Shown: positions 61,630 through 64,000 of the stretch, one piece after another | Numbering within the stretch: position 1 is the first letter of the stretch | Layout: every line of letters begins with the position of its first letter | Virus record (IMG/VR): IMGVR_UViG_3300024297_000001 | Length of the DNA: 64,000 bases | Reading direction: 5' to 3' (one strand) | From: a virus | Taxonomy: Duplodnaviria > Caudoviricetes | The notes under the pieces: generated by a model | What the model was told of the DNA's origin: nothing | What the model saw: only the letters and a program-made list of their open reading frames with translations | Databases searched by the model: none | Position numbers and translations under genes: made by a program

Positions 61630-63776
61630 CTTTTAATTAAACTTTTATCTTTTTTCTTTAAGAATTTTTTATCTGTAGTGTTCTTTTTAATAAAGTCATT
61701 TGCTTGTACTTCAACACCAGCAAGTCTGGCATTTAGTGCATCAATTTTTGGTTCAAGTTCTTTAAACTTTTTTAGTACTGTTTTAAGTTTATCGTTTTGT
61801 TCATCATCTACTTTATCGTTATCTTGATCAGTATCAACAACTGATTTAAGTAATGCATCTAAAGGATCACTTGCATGTGGATACTTTGCTCTAAGATCTG
61901 CTAACGCCTGCATTGTTTCAGGATCAAAACCCTTAATTACTTCACCTTCGTCATCTTTACCCTTGCTTAATCTTTTTTCATGTAAGTTTTGTACATAGTC
62001 GTCAAGCATAACAACACGAGCCATTTCTTTACCTTGTGTAGCAAGAGCATCATATCTATGATGTCCATTTACTATTCTGCCTCTACGATCTACTACGATT
62101 GGTTCGTATGTATCTTCACGTACTTTTTTGTATTGTTTTGTAAGTTTAATGAAATCTCTTTCCTTTTGTACAGGCTTCATGTTTGATAACTTCATCATAC
62201 CTTTTTTACCATCTACATCTTTGCCTTTGATTTGTGGTGGTGCTTGTCCGTCTGTAGGCTCTGGGTCAAAGTTATGATCTTGATATCCACTTACGTCACC
62301 TACCTTGTATCCTAAACGTTTTAAGTTACTGATCATATGTTTTGCTTCATCTGCTCCACCAAAGAAGTTTAACATAATATCTTGATCGCCCATATTGGCA
62401 TCATCTGGATTTGTAGTTTTTATGTTAGCCATGTTACGACCTAACTTCATAAAGTCATAGTCTGTTGCATCACTATCTACTGATACACTGTTCTTTGGTA
62501 ACGGAATAAGATCACCTTCGTTTGTATCTTTGTCTAAATTCTTTTTTAATTTGTCTATTGGACTTTGTGGTATGTCAGCATCTGGATTGTTAGGCAAAGT
62601 AATGTCAACTTGTATACCTAAGTTGTTAAACAATCCTTTTGCATTGTTAACACTTGTTAATGCTTTTTGCATAAGTTCTTGTTCATCTTTAGCACGTTTT
62701 TCATAGAAGTCAATAAACTTACGTGCCTGCTTTGGTGTAAGACTAACTGTTCCGCCTGTACTTGCACCGCCAGTATCTTTGTAACTTAATGGAAAAGGTT
62801 TTCCATCTTTACGATCAGCAATGTTATAGATTACATCAAGTTTTGGTCTTTGTTGTTGTACTACCAACTCTGAAACTTGTTCTTCATCTACAGGCTTATT
62901 CATGTGTGCTTTTAATTCTTTAGCAGTTCTTTCAAACTTATGATCTTTGTGTTTAAATCCAACACCACCTGCCGCTTCCCATTTAGCAACGTTTTGTCCA
63001 AAGTCATCAATTAGTATGTTAGGTGTACCACCTGTTGAAGTAGCATACTTGGCTTTGTCTGTTGTAATAATAACCTTCTTAGGAGGAAACGCAGTTAAGT
63101 TCTTTTCAATCCATTCACGCTTGTGTGGTTCTGCTCTTGGATCATCTGCAAGAGGAGCACTTAAAATATTGTACTCGCCTCTAATTTCTTTTACTAATCC
63201 TAACAGTTTATCTGCGTTAGGTGTAGGCTTTAGTTTAAGCCAAAAATCTTCTGTATCTCTAATGTCTTGTAATGCTTTGCCAACGTTTTTAATTTGTTTC
63301 CAATCTTTAACGCCTTGCATTTTAGTCCACTCGCCAAAGAAGTCAACAAGCACACCGTCCATGTCAATGTATATTTCACTTGCTTCTGATAATTCATCTG
63401 CTTGTAGTTCGTGTACTTGACCTTCCTTTGCCATCTTAGTTGCTGTTGCATACATAACTGCTTCAGCATCTTTGCCGTAACGGTCTTTAAAGTCGCCTTT
63501 AGACTTCTTCATACCTTTTACATACTTTTCTTTTTTCTTTTCTTCGCCTTTAGATAATGAACGTTCTTCAACACTTTCAGCCATTCCTAAATTAAACAGT
63601 ACGTTTGTTTTAGAACCTTTTACTTTTTTAGATAGTGTAGGTGGACGACCGTCTTTGTCTACTTTGTTTCCAAACTTGGCCGCTTGTTTCTTAATAGCAT
63701 CAACGCCAACATCGGGTGTAGTGTTAACACCTTTTACAACACGACCGCCGTTTTCTTTTATATCAACGAATCTCAT
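61626..63776 (-). CDS. Multidomain protein: capsid-targeting-like N-terminus, 5'(3')-deoxyribonucleotidase-like HAD domain, ParB-like domain
   Basis: MRFVDIKE; IYIDMDGVLVDF...ILSAP...KAKYA...ILIDD...W..AGG.G (HAD); PIVVD..GRIVNGHHR (ParB-N); coiled-coil tail. Confidence 0.75.
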   Translation of the reverse strand: MRFVDIKENGGRVVKGVNTTPDVGVDAIKKQAAKFGNKVDKDGRPPTLSKKVKGSKTNVLFNLGMAESVEERSLSKGEEKKKEKYVKGMKKSKGDFKDRYGKDAEAVMYATATKMAKEGQVHELQADELSEASEIYIDMDGVLVDFFGEWTKMQGVKDWKQIKNVGKALQDIRDTEDFWLKLKPTPNADKLLGLVKEIRGEYNILSAPLADDPRAEPHKREWIEKNLTAFPPKKVIITTDKAKYATSTGGTPNILIDDFGQNVAKWEAAGGVGFKHKDHKFERTAKELKAHMNKPVDEEQVSELVVQQQRPKLDVIYNIADRKDGKPFPLSYKDTGGASTGGTVSLTPKQARKFIDFYEKRAKDEQELMQKALTSVNNAKGLFNNLGIQVDITLPNNPDADIPQSPIDKLKKNLDKDTNEGDLIPLPKNSVSVDSDATDYDFMKLGRNMANIKTTNPDDANMGDQDIMLNFFGGADEAKHMISNLKRLGYKVGDVSGYQDHNFDPEPTDGQAPPQIKGKDVDGKKGMMKLSNMKPVQKERDFIKLTKQYKKVREDTYEPIVVDRRGRIVNGHHRYDALATQGKEMARVVMLDDYVQNLHEKRLSKGKDDEGEVIKGFDPETMQALADLRAKYPHASDPLDALLKSVVDTDQDNDKVDDEQNDKLKTVLKKFKELEPKIDALNARLAGVEVQANDFIKKNTTDKKFLKKKDKSLIKR

Positions 63777-63994
63777 TTTTTACGTCCTCTAAACGTTGGT
63801 GTGCCAGTCATGAAAGGTTGACTAAACCAAAGTTTAAACCATTCAGCATCGCCAGGCTTTAATCCTAATTTCTTTTCTTTTGCTTTTAATGCCGTAGCAG
63901 TAACACTTGGGTTCTCATCAAGTTTGTATGGCGAATAACCATTCCACTCGTTTACACCTGCAAGTTTTTTAAGTTCGTCTATGCTATCGTACAT
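63773..63994 (-). CDS. Small protein with ELKKLAG motif
   Basis: MYDSIDELKKLAGVNE; TAATG coupling with an upstream gene outside the window. Confidence 0.65.
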   Translation of the reverse strand: MYDSIDELKKLAGVNEWNGYSPYKLDENPSVTATALKAKEKKLGLKPGDAEWFKLWFSQPFMTGTPTFRGRKK

Positions 63995-64000
63995 TATGCC

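Noticed and set aside
409-63469. Many 60-180 aa ORFs antisense to, or out of frame within, clear genes (e.g. 2986..3519, 35549..36061, 55812..56282, 62947..63420)
   Set aside because: They overlap well-supported genes completely and lack an SD or recognisable motifs; they are shadow ORFs from codon bias.
1-64000. CRISPR array, tRNA, rRNA, IS element or DGR
   Set aside because: Intergenic gaps are short (mostly under 150 nt). I saw no regularly spaced repeats, cloverleaves, transposase or reverse transcriptase. tRNAscan/Infernal would be needed to exclude small RNAs fully.
1-64000. Alternative genetic code (stop-codon reassignment)
   Set aside because: Standard-code ORFs tile the window with tight overlaps and full-length conserved enzymes, so no recoding is needed.

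Overview
This 64-kb window is gene-dense, AT-rich DNA from a large T4-like tailed dsDNA phage, probably an uncultured aquatic myovirus. All assignments come from motif recognition by eye; no homology searches were run. (1) 1-4.8 kb: virion and tail-fibre genes. (2) 4.9-29.4 kb: a biosynthesis-like cluster of about 29 genes between structural genes. It holds eight radical-SAM enzymes in three paralog groups, about five glycosyltransferase-like proteins, two UDP-sugar dehydrogenase paralogs, an amidinotransferase, a short DegT aminotransferase, two SDRs, three 2OG/cupin oxygenases, a methyltransferase, an SGNH protein and a mini-kinase. (3) 29.4-40.7 kb: a tail-fibre protein, a MoxR AAA+/vWA-peptidase pair, a thermonuclease, an RNase H/5'-3' exonuclease and 2OG oxygenases. 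(4) 40.7-51.4 kb: a 7-deazaguanine DNA-modification cluster (queE, folE, yhhQ, a T-fold QueD/DpdL-like protein, a TGT/DpdA-like transglycosylase). It carries unusual partners, a GT-B glycosyltransferase and a class-III aminotransferase, and shows no queC/queF in the window. (5) 51.6-59.8 kb: replication and repair genes (clamp-like protein, MBD4-like glycosylase, DEDDh exonuclease, family-B DNA polymerase). (6) 59.8-64 kb: Lys-rich modular proteins, four of them with T4 capsid-targeting-like N-termini. Seven sigma70 promoters and about eleven T4-late-like NNTAAATA boxes are visible. Six late boxes (plus one TAAGTA variant) sit exactly 5 nt before a start codon, which suggests leaderless late mRNAs. 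I saw no tRNA, rRNA, CRISPR array, intein or mobile element.
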